Assembly (NCBI RefSeq): GCF_902713615.1
Contig: NC_052161.1
Coordinates: forward strand, 77,396,438-77,460,437
DNA from: Scyliorhinus canicula
Lineage: Eukaryota
DNA: 64,000 nt
Direction of reading: 5' to 3'
The notes below the pieces were generated by a model. It saw only the letters and a list, made by a program, of their open reading frames with translations, did not search any database and was not told the DNA's origin. This document shows, in pieces, positions 1-12,072 of the stretch. Every line of letters begins with the position of its first letter. Position 1 is the first letter of the stretch. The position numbers and the translations under genes were made by a program.

Positions 1-633
1 TCCGATCTATCTATATTTTGCTGTATTCTCTGACAGTCCTCGCTATCTGCAACTCCACCAATCTTAGTATCATCTGCAAACTTGCTAATCAGACCACCTA
101 TACCTTCGTCCAGATCATTTATGTATATCACAAACAACAGTGGTCCGAGCACGGATCCCTGTGGAACACCACTAGTCACCTTTCTCCATTTTGAGACAGT
201 CCCTTCCACCACTACTCTCTGTCTCCTGTTGCCCAGCCAGTTCTTTATCCATCTAGCTAGTACACCCTGAACCCCATACGACTTCACTTTTTCCATCAAC
301 CTGCCATGGGAAACCTTATCAAACGCCTTACTAAAGTCCATGTATATGACATCTACAGCCCTTCCCTCATTAACTAACTTTGTCACTTCCTCAAAGAATT
401 CTATTAGGTTTGTAAGACATGACCTTCCCTGCACAAAACCATGCTGCCTATCACGGATAAGTCTATTTTCTTCCAAATGTGAATAGATCCTATCCCTCAG
501 TATCTTCTCCAACAGTTTGCCTACCACTGACGTCAAGCTCACAGGTCTATAATTCCCTGGATTATCCCTGCTACCCTTCTTAAACAAAGGGACAACATTA
601 GCAATTCTCCAGTTCTCCGGGACCTCACCCGTG
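1..633 (-). mobile_element. CR1 LINE ORF2 (RT) fragment
   Basis: Minus strand carries CR1 RT motifs ([48 protein letters not shown]); runs off the window start. Confidence 0.9.
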
Positions 634-752
634 AGAATTCCTCACTTTTGGGGGCCGTTGACGCCGGAGTCGTTGCCGTCGGTTTTCATGCCAATGTGGG
701 GACATAGCCCCATTATTAGAGGTCCCGCCCTTAATTCTTCGAAAATATCCAA

Positions 753-923
753 TGTCTCTGGTCTTTGGCTGTTCAATAGCTACAGTCATCAGGTTTGTAA
801 ATTTAAACACATTTAATTTTTATTAATAACAATGACTATAATTAAATATGGAACAAAGACAACTGGTTAACTATTATCTAATTCCTAACCCCTCCCCCCA
901 CCTTTAACTCACCCCATCCCCAT

Positions 924-955
<32 letters not shown>

Positions 956-2202
956 AAACGGCAAACAAACACAGAGGGGAAAAGAGGGGTGTAAAAATAA
1001 GGCTGACATCAAAGGATAAGTGTTTCAGATGCTTGTCTTCCAGCACATCTTCCTTCAGTAAATAGTTTTCAGTTTGAGGTTTCTGCTTTCAGCCTGTAAT
1101 AGTTTTGACTGTAGATTCATCCAGATTTTCTGTAAGTTCAGAAATATAACAGCTACGCAACTTTGGGGAGAAAGAGAGAGAACAAAAGAGAAAGAGAGAC
1201 AAACACAGCTTCCTCCCTTAGTGTCCAGGATCCAACTGTCATTTCCTTGGTTCTCTGAAAACCATCCCACTCGGGTAGGACCCAATCACCACCAGTCGTT
1301 CGGCAGAATAAAGCCTTTTGCCAATTCATTGGCCACCAGCCAACCAATTGAACCAAATCCCTCCGAACTCTAGGGTGCCACAACGTCTGAGTCCTGCTGT
1401 TCAAAAGCTAGCACAATGTACTATTTTGCAATTTTTGTGTTCCTCACTTCCTCTACATGACTTAAGGTATATGTCCATTAAACATCCATTATCAAAAATG
1501 ATAAAGGCCAAACAAAAGAAATGGGAAATAAGGGAATCAGCAGGAAGAGCCCTTACAGTTATCAAGCAGATTATTTGCTTCTCTTTGTCGTGACTTTTAG
1601 AGAGAGAGAGACCCTTTCAGGAGCAAATTCAATACTGCTCAACCTGGCAGCATTTGGGTTCTGCTCAACCTGGCAGCATTTGGGTTCTGCTCAACCTGGC
1701 AGCATTTGGGTTCTGCTCAACCTGGCAGCATTTGGGTTCTGCTCAACCTGGCAGCATTTGGGTTCTGCTCAACCTGGCAGCATTTGGGTTCTGCTCAACC
1801 TGGCAGCATTTGATATAACTGCTTCTCAACTTAAGATCCTTCTTCCTTGTCAGACTCAAATCCTAAGGCAAACTGCAAAACTACAGGCAGACCTGGCTCA
1901 CCAACTAATTACATTATCTGCATCCCACAAAGTTCCATGACCTTCTTAGCTAGGACAAAGCACCATTCCCCCATAAATTATCTACTCTGCAGGGAATCTC
2001 CAGCAATCATAACAATGTTCCATTAGCCCTCTATACATAACAAGTAAATGGTTAGAAACAATCATGGCCTCACCTTTTATGACTCCTTAGTTACAGCTTT
2101 AGCAGACGCAGTCTGGATACCTTAACCTAGGTTCTTTCATAACATTATTGCCACAAATATAAATAACAAATATAATATATACTGATTTCGACATTCATCA
2201 CA
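753..2202 (-). mobile_element. Probable long solo LTR (ERV/Gypsy type)
   Basis: TG...CA ends with near-TSD CCAA/CCAG; minus-strand AATAAA near 820; no coding capacity. Left boundary uncertain. Confidence 0.45.
1635..1812. repeat. Perfect 26-bp minisatellite, about 6.8 copies (CTGCTCAACCTGGCAGCATTTGGGTT)
   Basis: Units start at 1635, 1661, 1687, 1713, 1739, 1765 and 1791 with no spacers. Confidence 0.95.
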
Positions 2203-2229
2203 CCAGTTTTTGATTAAGTTCCGATCATT

Positions 2230-3610
2230 GGACCGTACAGTACAAAAGAGACTCTTCAGCCAATCGGGTCTGCAGTGAAAAAACTACACTAAATCTACAC
2301 TGATCCCACTTTCCAGCACTTGGCCCCTAGCCTTGAATGTTATGACATCGTAAACGTTCTTCATGTACTTTTTAACGGTTGTGAGGTTTCCTGCCTCGAC
2401 TAGCCTCCCAGACAGTGCATTCCAGAGTCCTATCACCTTCTGGCTGAAAAATATTTTCTCAAATTCCCTCTAAACCAGGAGCCTTTCACCTTAAAATTAT
2501 GCCGCCTCGTTATTGACCCTTGAACTAAAGGGAACAGCTGCTTTCTACCCACCCTGTATACCCCTCATAATCTTATACATCTCATCAGATACCCCCAGCC
2601 TTCTCGGCCCCAAAGAAAACAACCCAAGCTTATCCAGCCTCTCTTCGCAGCTAAAATGCTCCATCCCAGGCAGCATCCTGGTGAATCTCCCCTGCAGCCT
2701 CTCCAGTGTAATCACATCCTTCCTATAGTGAGGCGACCAGAACTGCACACATTACACCAGCTGTGACGTAACCAAAGGTTTGTACAGCTCCAACATAACC
2801 TCCTTGCTCTAATAATCTATGCGAGGAATGATAATGCAAGTGTCCTGTATGCCTTCTGAACTTTAGTAACCTGTTCTGCCGCTTCAGGTATCTGTCGACT
2901 AGCACCCCAATATCCCTCTGTTCCTTTGAGCTTCCTAATGTCCTGCCATTCATTGAGAACTCCCTTGTTTTAATGAGCCTTCCAAAGTGCATCACCTCAC
3001 ACTTTCCAGGGTTAAAATCTAACTGCCACTGATTTGCCCATCTGACCAACCGGTCTATATCTTCCAACAACCTAAGACCTCTTCCTTGCTATTAACCACT
3101 CTGACAATCTTTGCGTTATCCGCAAACCTACTGATCACCCCCCCCCCCCCCACCCCCATTCTCATCTATATCATCTATACATATCACAAGCAATAAGGAA
3201 CCTAGCACTGATCCCTGTGGTGAACCACTTGACACCGGCCTCCAGTCACACAAACAGCCTTCTACCTCTCTCCCCTACCACTAAGCCAGCTTTAGACCCA
3301 ACTTGCCACGTTACCCTGGATCCCATGTGCTTCTTTATCAGTCTCCCATGTGGGACCTTGTCAAAAGTTTTGCTGAAATCCATATAAACTACATCAACTG
3401 CACTACCTTCATCTACACACCTGATCATCTCCTCAAAATTCTTAGTCAAATTTGTTAGGCATGGCCTCCCTCTGACAAAGCCATGCTGACTATTCATGAT
3501 CAAACCTTGCCTCTCCAAGTGGAGACTAATTCTCTTTCAGAACTTTTTTCAATAGTTTGCGAGACTCTCTGGCCTATAATTTCCTACTTTATCTCTACCA
3601 CCCTTCTTCA
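2230..3610 (-). mobile_element. CR1 LINE, 5'-truncated and degenerate, with 3' end
   Basis: Minus ORFs with SQHGFVRGRPCLTNL, YMDFSKTFDKVPH, FNPGKCEVMHFG, QFWSPHYRKD..LERLQGRFTRM. Confidence 0.9.
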
Positions 3611-3642
3611 GTCACAGATATCTGAAGTTAATTTTAAATCAC

Positions 3643-3914
3643 TGTGGTGAATGTATTATGCCAATACATTGTATTTGTATCTGTGCTATACTGTTGCACA
3701 TGTGGGCTTCTCCTATGGGCATTATCCATAGGGGAACATGTTGGGGCATGTATGGGCTCCGCCCATGGCTCCTACCCTTGAAGGGAGGTACAAAGAGCAG
3801 TCGACCTGGAGGCGGTTCTCAGTATTGGATCAATCGCAGGCAGGCACTGTTCTAAGTTGATTAAAGCCACGGTTTACTTCTACTCTTGTCTCGAGTGAAT
3901 TGATGGTCGCATCA
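3643..3914 (+). mobile_element. 5' LTR of Gypsy element 1
   Basis: TG at 3643, CA at 3913-14; TATA-like TACAAA 3789-94; ATTAAA 3860-65; gag ATG at 3938. Confidence 0.75.
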
Positions 3915-3937
3915 ATTTAATCAACTTAAACGCAACT

Positions 3938-6527
3938 ATGGAATCGGCCCTCAAACCTGACAGACTGGAACTCGATCCGCAGGCTGCGGAGGCTGAATAA
4001 ATTTTTTCTCACTGGCTCCGCTGCTTCAAAGTCTATCTCGCAGCCTTCTCCACGCCTTCCGTCACTGACGAACAGAAGCTGAGCCTCCTACATGCACGGG
4101 TGAACCATCGAATCTCTGTTCAGCTCGAACGCCTCTATGTACGGCCCGTGAATGAGGTATACGCGCGACACATCCTCACCATTCGCCGCCAGCGTCCCGG
4201 AGAATCACTAGAAGACTACCTACGCGACCTCAAAGTCCTCGCACGCAGCTGCAACTACCAGACCGTTACGGCCACTCAACATATGGAACTCGCCGCCCGA
4301 GATGTCTACGTGGTGGGAGTCCCGTCCAACTACGTGAGACAGCGCCTACTCGAAAAGGGGGCCCTGGACCTGGATCAGACAGTAAAGTTAGCCTCCTCTC
4401 TGGAAGTAGCGTTCCAGAGCCTTAATGCATTCCCAGCTGACCACGCGACCCCCTCGTGGACCCCCGACCAAAGACTACCCCAGGCCTGTGCCGCGTGGTC
4501 GCCCGTCCATCATGGGGGGGCTACCCTGCTATTTCTGCGGAAAGTCCCAATACCCCCGACAGCACTGCCCGACCCGTAACGTGAACTGCAGCAGCTGTGG
4601 GAGAAAAGGACTTTTCGCCAACGTTTGCCTGGCCAGGTCCAAGAACTCTAACTCACAGACCCGATCCTCAGACTCACAGGCCCGCAGACCCCGCAGTGTG
4701 GCGGCGTGTCTGACGACTCCGCTCCCTGCAGACACGTCATCAGCCTCGTGCTATCCGTGGGGCAGCTATCTTCCAGCCCTCACAGCACGTGCGACTCACG
4801 GGGGCCGCTATCTTGGACGCCATCTTCGTCACTGCTACGCCGCTCGACGCGTACGATCAACAAGGGCAACCATCGCAGAGCCGCCCCAGCACCTCCGCAA
4901 CTCAGCGCGGTCACCCTGGACCAGTTGCGATCCAAGCACCTCCGGAGCTCTATGATGACCGTCCGGGTGAACGGGCACGAGACGCCTTGCCTTTTCGACT
5001 CCGGGAGCACAGAGAGCTTCATTCACCCGGACATGGTAAGACGCTGCTCGCTCACAATTTCCCCGGCGCACCAAACCATCTCCCTTGCCTCTGAATTGCA
5101 CTCGGTGCAAATCCGAGAGTGCACTACGCCAACCCTAGCAATACAGGGCGCCGAATACGGCAATTTTAAATTATATGTGCTCCCAGACCTCTGCGCTCCT
5201 CTCCTATTGGGACTAGATTTCCAATGCAACCTCAGGAGCCTAACCCTGAAGTTCGGGGGCCCCTATCCCCACTCACCATATGCAGCCTCGTGACCCTAAA
5301 AGTCGACCCTCCCCCACTCTTCGCAAACCTCACCGCTGACTGCAAACCAGTCGCTACCAGAAGCAGGCGATATAGCATACAGGACAGGACTTTTATCAGG
5401 TCCGAGGTCCAGTGACTCTTGCGGGAGGGAGTCATCGAGGCCAGTAATAGCCCCTGGAGAGCTCAGGTGGTGGTCGTCAGGATCAGGGAAAAGAACTGGA
5501 TGGTTGTAGATTACAGCCAAACCATAAACCGGTACATGCACCTCGATGCGTACCCCCTTCCCCGGATTGCAGACATGATAAACCAGATCACACACTACCA
5601 GGTGTTCTGCACGGTGGCTCTGAAGTCTGCATACCACCAGCTCCCAATCCGCCCGGAGGACCGCCACTACGCGGCTTTTGAGGCAGACGGCCGCCTTTTC
5701 CACTTCCTCCGGGTCCCCTTTGGTGTCACGAACGGGGTTTTGGTGTTCCAAAGAACAATGGACCGAATGGTGGACCTGTACGGGCTGCGGGCCACATTTC
5801 CGCACTTGGACAATGTCACCATCTGCAGCCATGACCAGCAGGACCACGACGCCAACCTCCACAGATTTCTCCAAACCGCCCAAACCCTAAACCTCACGTA
5901 TAACAAGGAGAAATGCGTTTTCCGCACAACCAGACTAGCCATCCTCGGCTATGTCTTGGAAAACGGGGTTCTAGGACCCGACCCTGACTGTATGCGCCCC
6001 CTCCTGCAACTTCCCCTCCCCCACTGCCCCAAGGCCCTGAAGAGGTGCCTCGGGTTCTTTTCGTATTATGCCCAGTGGGTCCCCAACTATGCGGACAAAG
6101 CCCGCCACTGATCAAGGCCACCATCTTCCCACTGGCAACTGAGGCCGGCCAGGTCTTCAGCTGCATCAAGGCAGATATTGCCAAAGCCGCGATGCACGCG
6201 GTGGACGAGTCCGTCCCCTTCCAGGTAGAGAGCGATGCATCAGAGATTGCTCTCGCCGCTACCCTCAATCAAGCAAGGCATCTGGTAGCGTTTTTTTCGC
6301 GCACCCTCACCACCTCCTAAATTCAGCACTCCTCAGTCGAGAAGGAGGCCCAAGCCATCGTGGAAGCCGTACAGCACTGGAGGCACTACCTTGCTGGTAG
6401 GAGGTTTACCCTCGTCACTGACCAACGATCGGTCGCCTTCATGTTCGACAATACACAGCGGGGCAAAATCAAGAACGATAAGATCTTGAGGTGGAGGATC
6501 AACTCTCCACCTATAATTACGATACAG
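3938..6527 (+). pseudogene. Ty3/Gypsy gag-pol (gag, two Zn knuckles, protease, RT, RNase H); disrupted and truncated before integrase
   Basis: MESALKPDRLELDP gag start; CYFCGKSQYPRQHC and CSSCGRKGLFANVC knuckles; LFDSGS protease; SPWRAQVVVV / YHQLPI / PFGVTN / HLDN RT; VESDAS and VTDQ RNase H; several stops and frameshifts. Confidence 0.92.
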
Positions 6528-7262
6528 TATATGTGAGAAATATGAGAATGAGAATGACTAGAGCGAGGGTAGGTCCGATCAAGGACAGTAGCGGGAGATT
6601 GTGTATTGAGTCTGAAGAGATAGGAAAGATCTTGAACAAGTATTTTTCTTCAGTATTTACAAACGAGAGGGGCCATATTATTGGAGAGGACAGTGTGAAA
6701 CAGACTGGTAAGCTCGAGGAAATACTTGTTAGGAAGGAAGATGTGTTGGGCGTTTTGAAAAATTTGAGGATAGACAAGTCCCCCGGGCCTGACGGGATAT
6801 ATCCAATGATTCTATGGGAAGCAAGAAATGAAATTGCAGAGCCATTGGCAATGATCTTTTCGTCCTCGCTGTCAACAGGGGTGGTACCAGAGGATTGGAG
6901 AGTGGCGAATGTCGTGCCCCTGTTCAAAAAAGGGAATAGGGATAACCCTGGGAATTACAGGCCAGTTAGTCTTACTTCGGTGGTAGGCAAAGTAATGGAA
7001 AGGGTACTGAGGGATAGGATTTCTGAGCATCTGGAAAGGCATTGCTTGATTAGGGATAGTCAGCACGGATTTGTGAGGGGTAGGTCTTGCCTTACAAGTC
7101 TTATTGACTTCTTTGAGGAGGTGACTAAGCATGTGGATGAAGGTAAAGCAGTGGATGTAGTGTACATGGATTTTAGTAAGGCATTTGATAACGTTCCCCA
7201 TGGTAGTCTTATGCAGAAAGTAAGGAAGCATGGGATAGTGAGAAATTTGGCCAGTTGGATCC
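6528..7262 (+). mobile_element. CR1 ORF2 internal fragment fused to the truncated Gypsy pol
   Basis: [43 protein letters not shown] in ORF 6491-7333. Confidence 0.92.
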
Positions 7263-7359
7263 CCTCCAATAACCGCAATACATATTTCCTCAATATTATT
7301 TATGAGTTCTCCCGCTTCTCATCTGACAAATGATAAGTCGACAATAATTGATGACCAAG

Positions 7360-8516
7360 GTCAACATGGGTATAGAGGGATATGGGCCAAATGTGGGCAA
7401 GTGGGACAAACGTAGTGATAGAAACTGGGCAGCATGGGCAATCTGGGCCAAAGAGCCTGTTTCCATGCTGTAAACATCTATGATACTATAACTCTAAGTG
7501 GAAATATCCTCTCCACGTCCACTCTATCCAGACCTCGTAGTATCCTGTAAATTTGAATAAGATCCCCTCTCATCCTTCCAAACTCTAACGAGTACAGACC
7601 CAGAGTCCTCAACCGTTCCTCATATGACAATCTCTTCATTCCAGGGGTCATTCTTGTGAACCTCCTCTGGACCCTTTCCAAGGCCAGCACATCCTTCCTT
7701 AGATATCCATGCCTGGATCTTACCCGTAACACCGCAGGCTCTTGTCTTATTGAACAGTCTCCTATGTGGCACCTTGTCAAAGACCTTCTGGAAATCTAAA
7801 TATCCAAAACTGCTCACAACACTCCAGATGGGGTCTGACCAGAGCCTTATATAGCCTCAGCAGTATATCCCTGATCTTGTATTCTAACCCTCTTGACATG
7901 AATGCTAACATTGCACTTGCCTTCCTAACTGCCTAGCTGCTGACTGAACCTGCACGTTAACCTTAAGAGAATCGTGAACAAGGACTCCCAAGTTCCTTTG
8001 TGCTTCTGATTTGCTAAGCATCTCCCCATTTAGAAAATCGTTTGTGCCTCCATTTCTCCCTCCAAAGTGCATAACCGCACAGTTCTCCACATTGTATTCC
8101 ATCTGCCACTTCTTTGCCCACTCTCCTAGCCTGTCCAAGTCCTTCTGCAGCCTGCCTGCTTCCTCAATACGACCTCTACAGATCTTTGTACCATTTGCAA
8201 ACTTAACAGCAGTGCCTTTAGTTCCTTCTTCCAGATCATTAATGTATATTGTGAAAAGTTGTGGTCCCAGCACCGACCCCTGAGGCACACCACTAATCAC
8301 CGGCTACAATCCTGAAAAAGACCCCTTTATCCCCACTCTCTGCCTTCTGCCAGTCAGCTAATTCTCTATCCATGCCAGGATCTTACGCTAAACACCATGG
8401 GCTCTTAACTTATTGAACAGTCTCCTATGCAGCACCTTGTCAAAGGCCTTCTGGAAATCTAAATGAATCACGTCCACTGGTTCTCCTTTGTCTACCTTCC
8501 TTGTTACTTCCTCAAA
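7360..8516 (-). mobile_element. Cluster of rearranged CR1 fragments (+ strand 3' tail ~7360-7490, then minus-strand RT pieces)
   Basis: [38 protein letters not shown] on the minus strand. Confidence 0.85.
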
Positions 8517-9026
8517 AATCATAGTGGGCCAGCAGCTGGGAGGATGACAGTTGCCTCTTCACCGGCGAATGCCTCCTCTTGTGGAGCTTCCCAATCCCAC
8601 TTTTGATCTTCTTTAATATTGTGTGTAGAGGTGCCAGCAAGGTGGCCAAATTCGGGATAAACTTTCTGTAATAATTTGCAAACCTCCAAAATGATCTCAA
8701 TTCGGTCGTATTTTCTGGTGTCTGAGTCCCCTTTATGACCTTGACCTTTTCCTGTACTGGGTGCAAGCCATCTTGGTCCACACCGTAACCCAAGTATGTA
8801 ACTGCCTTTGACTGAAAGACAAGCAAACACCCACGTGGGAGGATCGTCTGAGGACCTCTTCCAGATTGTCTAAGTGCTCCTTCTCTGTAGTCCTGTAATG
8901 AGCATGTCATCCAGGTGTAACTGCCACTTTGGGTAGCCCCTGGAAAATGCCTTCCATCACTTTCTGGAATATTGCATAAGTGGAAGAGACCCCGAAGGGA
9001 GTCTCGATGTAAATTTGCGCCTTGGC

Positions 9027-9132
9027 CCCCTTTATTTTACCCAGGCATTCTTGGAGTACCATCGGGTGCTTCCCGAGGACCCCTTTATTTTACCCAGGCC
9101 TTCTTGGAGTACCATCGGGTGCTTCCCGAGGA
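9027..9132. repeat. 53-bp tandem duplication inside Gypsy element 2
   Basis: 9027-9079 and 9080-9132 differ at one base. Confidence 0.9.
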
Positions 9133-10260
9133 CCTTGTACAGGTTTCCGGTGCCCATCAGAAAAATCAGGTGCCAGTCAAAGTCAAGTGTTCGCAGCCAA
9201 TCACAGCCTAACAGATTGGGTCCCGGCCCCTGTACCACTATTAGCAGCAGTCGGAATGTCTGCTGCCCGTGGGACACCGGGGGTCACGGTGATTCCAATA
9301 ATGTTCAGCCGTTCCCCAATATATATCGTCAATCTGTTTTCGCGCAGGTTCAATGGCAGGATTCCATGCAAAGCCAGCAGAAGGTCTGCTGATGGAGACG
9401 CCAGTCCCAGTGACTATCTCCATTACTAGGGGGTGTCCATTTACCTGCAGTTTGATCTGAATCGGTGCCACTTCAGTGGCCATGATGCAATTCAGTTGCA
9501 TCAAGTCATCCTCCTCAGGCTGGGCCATGTGCAAGGCCCTGGCTCAGGGTGATCTTATCATCTGCTCAGGGCGGCGTGTTCTTTGCCAATTCTGGTGGCC
9601 TTAACTGCCATGCGTTCTGTGATTATAGGTGTGCAATGCTGCTGGTGCTCCCCATCGTCCTCTGGGGAGGTGTCACGCTGGTCTGTGGTGGCCCTGAGTC
9701 TGGACACAATGTTGCACAGTTGGTTGCTGTTTTGGCAGCGATCTGGTTATGCTGGCACTGCCCTGAGAGGATGCTGTATTCCTATCTGGTGGTCAACCAA
9801 CTCTATGGACGCTGTAGTCCACAGACCTTCCTGAACTCCATTCTCAGCAGTCTTGCGGGACAGGGCTAGCCCGATGGCTCTTTTCAAGTCCAGTGTTGGT
9901 TCCTCCAACAACTTCCTCTGAGTGGCCACATCATTAATGCCGCATACCAGATAATGTGAAAAAGGAGAGTAAAAACATTTTTAAATACCGCATACCAAAT
10001 GGTCCCTTAAAGTCTCCAAAAGGGATGGACCAAAGTCGTAATGCTCAGCTAGCATTCGGAGTCAAGTTAGAAAGTCTGTAACTGACTTCCTCGGAGTCTG
10101 CACAGCAGTAATCAGTTGAAGGCAGGAGCCCCTGAAGGTAATCAGAAGAATTACCTTCTGTCGGTCCTCTCCACTGATGCCATTCGCCTGGAAAAAGTAC
10201 CTCATTCGCTCAGCGCACTGAGCCTCATCATCCAGGCCTGCATCAAAGGCCTCCAACAGG

Positions 10261-10450
10261 AAATGAAAAAAATGAAATGAAGATCGCTTATTGTCACAAG
10301 TAGGCTTCAAATGAAGTTACTGTGAAAAGCCCCTAGTCGCCACATTCCAATGCCTGTTCGGGGAGGCTGGTACGGAAATTGAAATGTGCTGCTGGCCTGC
10401 CTTGGTCTGGTTTAAAAGCCAGCTCTTTACCCCTGTGCTAAACCAGCCCC
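10261..10450 (-). mobile_element. tRNA-derived SINE, family B (GGGGCTGGTTTAGC head; CTTGTGACAATAAG + (CATTT)n tail), inserted in gag
   Basis: Same head and tail as copies at 11286, 11535-12072, 20626, 29502 and 39949. Confidence 0.85.
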
Positions 10451-10600
10451 TAACATCCCAAAGAGTAAAATTTTTCAAACGTCTGTCAAACACATTGCTG
10501 CACAATGCAATGGGATCGGTGGGACATCCAGAATTGTAATCACTGCTTTTACCTCGTCGCCAATATAAAGACCCAAGAGATGAGCAGTAGGGAGAATGCT

Positions 10601-11285
10601 GGGCCAGGATTCTCCCCTACCTGGCGGGGCAGGGGGTCCCAGCGTGATGGAGTGGCGTGAACCACTCCGGCGTCGGGCCACCCCAAAGGTGCGGGAGTCT
10701 CCGCACTTTTAGGGGCCAAGCCATCACATTGAGGGGCTAGGCTCGCGCCTGAGTGGTTGGCACTCTGCCGGCTGGCGTGGACGGCCTTTGGCGCCACGCC
10801 AGCCGGGGCCGAAAGGACTTCGCCGGCCGGTGTAAGTCCGCGCATGCGCCAGAGCATCAGCGGCTGCTGACGTCGTCCCCACGCATGCTCAGGGGAGGGG
10901 GCCACTTCTGCCTCTGCCATGGTGAAGACTATGGCGAAGGCGGAAGGAAAAGAATGCCCCCCACGGCACAGGCCCACTCGGCAATCGGTGGGCCCCGATC
11001 GCGGGTCAGGCCACCGTGGGGGTACCCCTCGGGGCCAGATCGCCCCGCGCGCCCCCCCCCCCACCCAGGACCCGGAGCCCGCACGCGCCGCTAGTCCCGC
11101 CGGTCAGGTAGGTGTTTTGATTCCCGCCAGCGGAAGAGGCTTGGACTTCGGCCCATCGCGAGCCGGAGAATCGCTGGGGGGGGGTGCCACCCGCCCCCGC
11201 CAAATCTCTGGTGGCGGAGGATTCGGGACACGGCGGGGGCGGGATTGACGCTGGCCCCCGCCGATTCTCCGACCCGGCGGGGGGT
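10601..11285. mobile_element. GC-rich Harbinger-type MITE, right end truncated
   Basis: Left TIR GGGCCAGGATTCTCC; repeated GATTCTCC/GGAGAATC motifs; related in reverse orientation to 50307-50857. Confidence 0.7.
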
Positions 11286-12072
11286 TGGCTTGAAAGCTGA
11301 CTTGTAATACTGAACAATGCCAGCAGTGCGGGTTCAAATCCTGTACTGGCCTTTTGGAACAGGCGCCAGAATGTGGCGACTAGGGGCTTTTCACAGTAAC
11401 TTCACTGAAGCCTACTTGTGACAATAAGTGATTATTATTATAAAGATAACAACCGCTATGGCGGCAAATACACTCGGTATCAGTCCCAGTCCCAGATATC
11501 AACGTGCCGGTCCCTGTCGTTGTTGGCTAAACATGAATAAATAAATAACCTTTTATAGTCACAAGTAGGCTTACATTAACACTGCACTGAAGTTACCGTG
11601 AAAAGCCCCGAGTCATAGAACATAGAACATAGAACAGTACAGCACAGAACAGGCCCTTCGGCCCTCGATGTTGTGCCGAGCAATGATCACCCTACTTAAA
11701 CCCACGTAACCCAACAATCCCCCCCATTAACCTTACACTACGGGCAATTTAGCATGGCCAATCCACCTAACCCGCACATTTTTGGACTGTGGGAGGAAAC
11801 CGGAGCACCCGGAGGAAACCCACGCACACACAGGGAGGACGTGCAGACTCCACACAGACAGTGACCCAGCCGGGAATCGAACCTGGGACCCTGGAGCTGT
11901 GAAGCATTGATGCTAACCACCATGCTACCGTGAGTCGCCACATTCTGGCGCCTGTTCGTGTCCAGAGAAGGGGAAGTCAGAATTCTCAGCTGGGTATGGG
12001 AAGTGAACCCGTACTGCTGGCCTTATTCAACATCACAAACCAGCTGTCTAGCCCACTGAGCTAAACCAGCCC
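11286..12072. mobile_element. SINE cluster: family B (+, 11286-11440); family B (-, 11535-12072) split by a young HE1 (-, 11615-11932)
   Basis: Recognisable heads and tails; GAGTC duplicated around the HE1. Confidence 0.85.

Larger units (their letters stand above)
8517..10562 (-). pseudogene. Gypsy element 2, internally deleted gag-pol with a tRNA-Ser PBS
   Basis: PBS TGGCGACGAGG (minus, 10552-10562) complements the 3' end of tRNA-Ser(GCU). Gag (EAFDAGLDDEAQCAERMRYFFQANGI; TQRKLLEEPTLDLKRAI), protease (NGHPLVMEIVTG, GPNLLGCDWL), RT (HLDD, VTYLG, ELRSF..NYYRKFIPNLA). Confidence 0.88.

Noticed and set aside
1635-1812. CRISPR-like repeat array
   Set aside because: Head-to-tail units with no spacers, in vertebrate DNA.
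6528-7262. Idea that this CR1 piece is the segment missing from the CR1 at 38220-40805
   Set aside because: It falls within the missing region, but the breakpoints do not abut and CR1 copies are abundant.
10549-11337. Overlapping Pro/Gly/Arg-rich ORFs in GC-rich blocks (also 24450-25249, 41666-42168, 50413-50887)
   Set aside because: Stop-poor GC-rich MITE sequence with no domain motifs.
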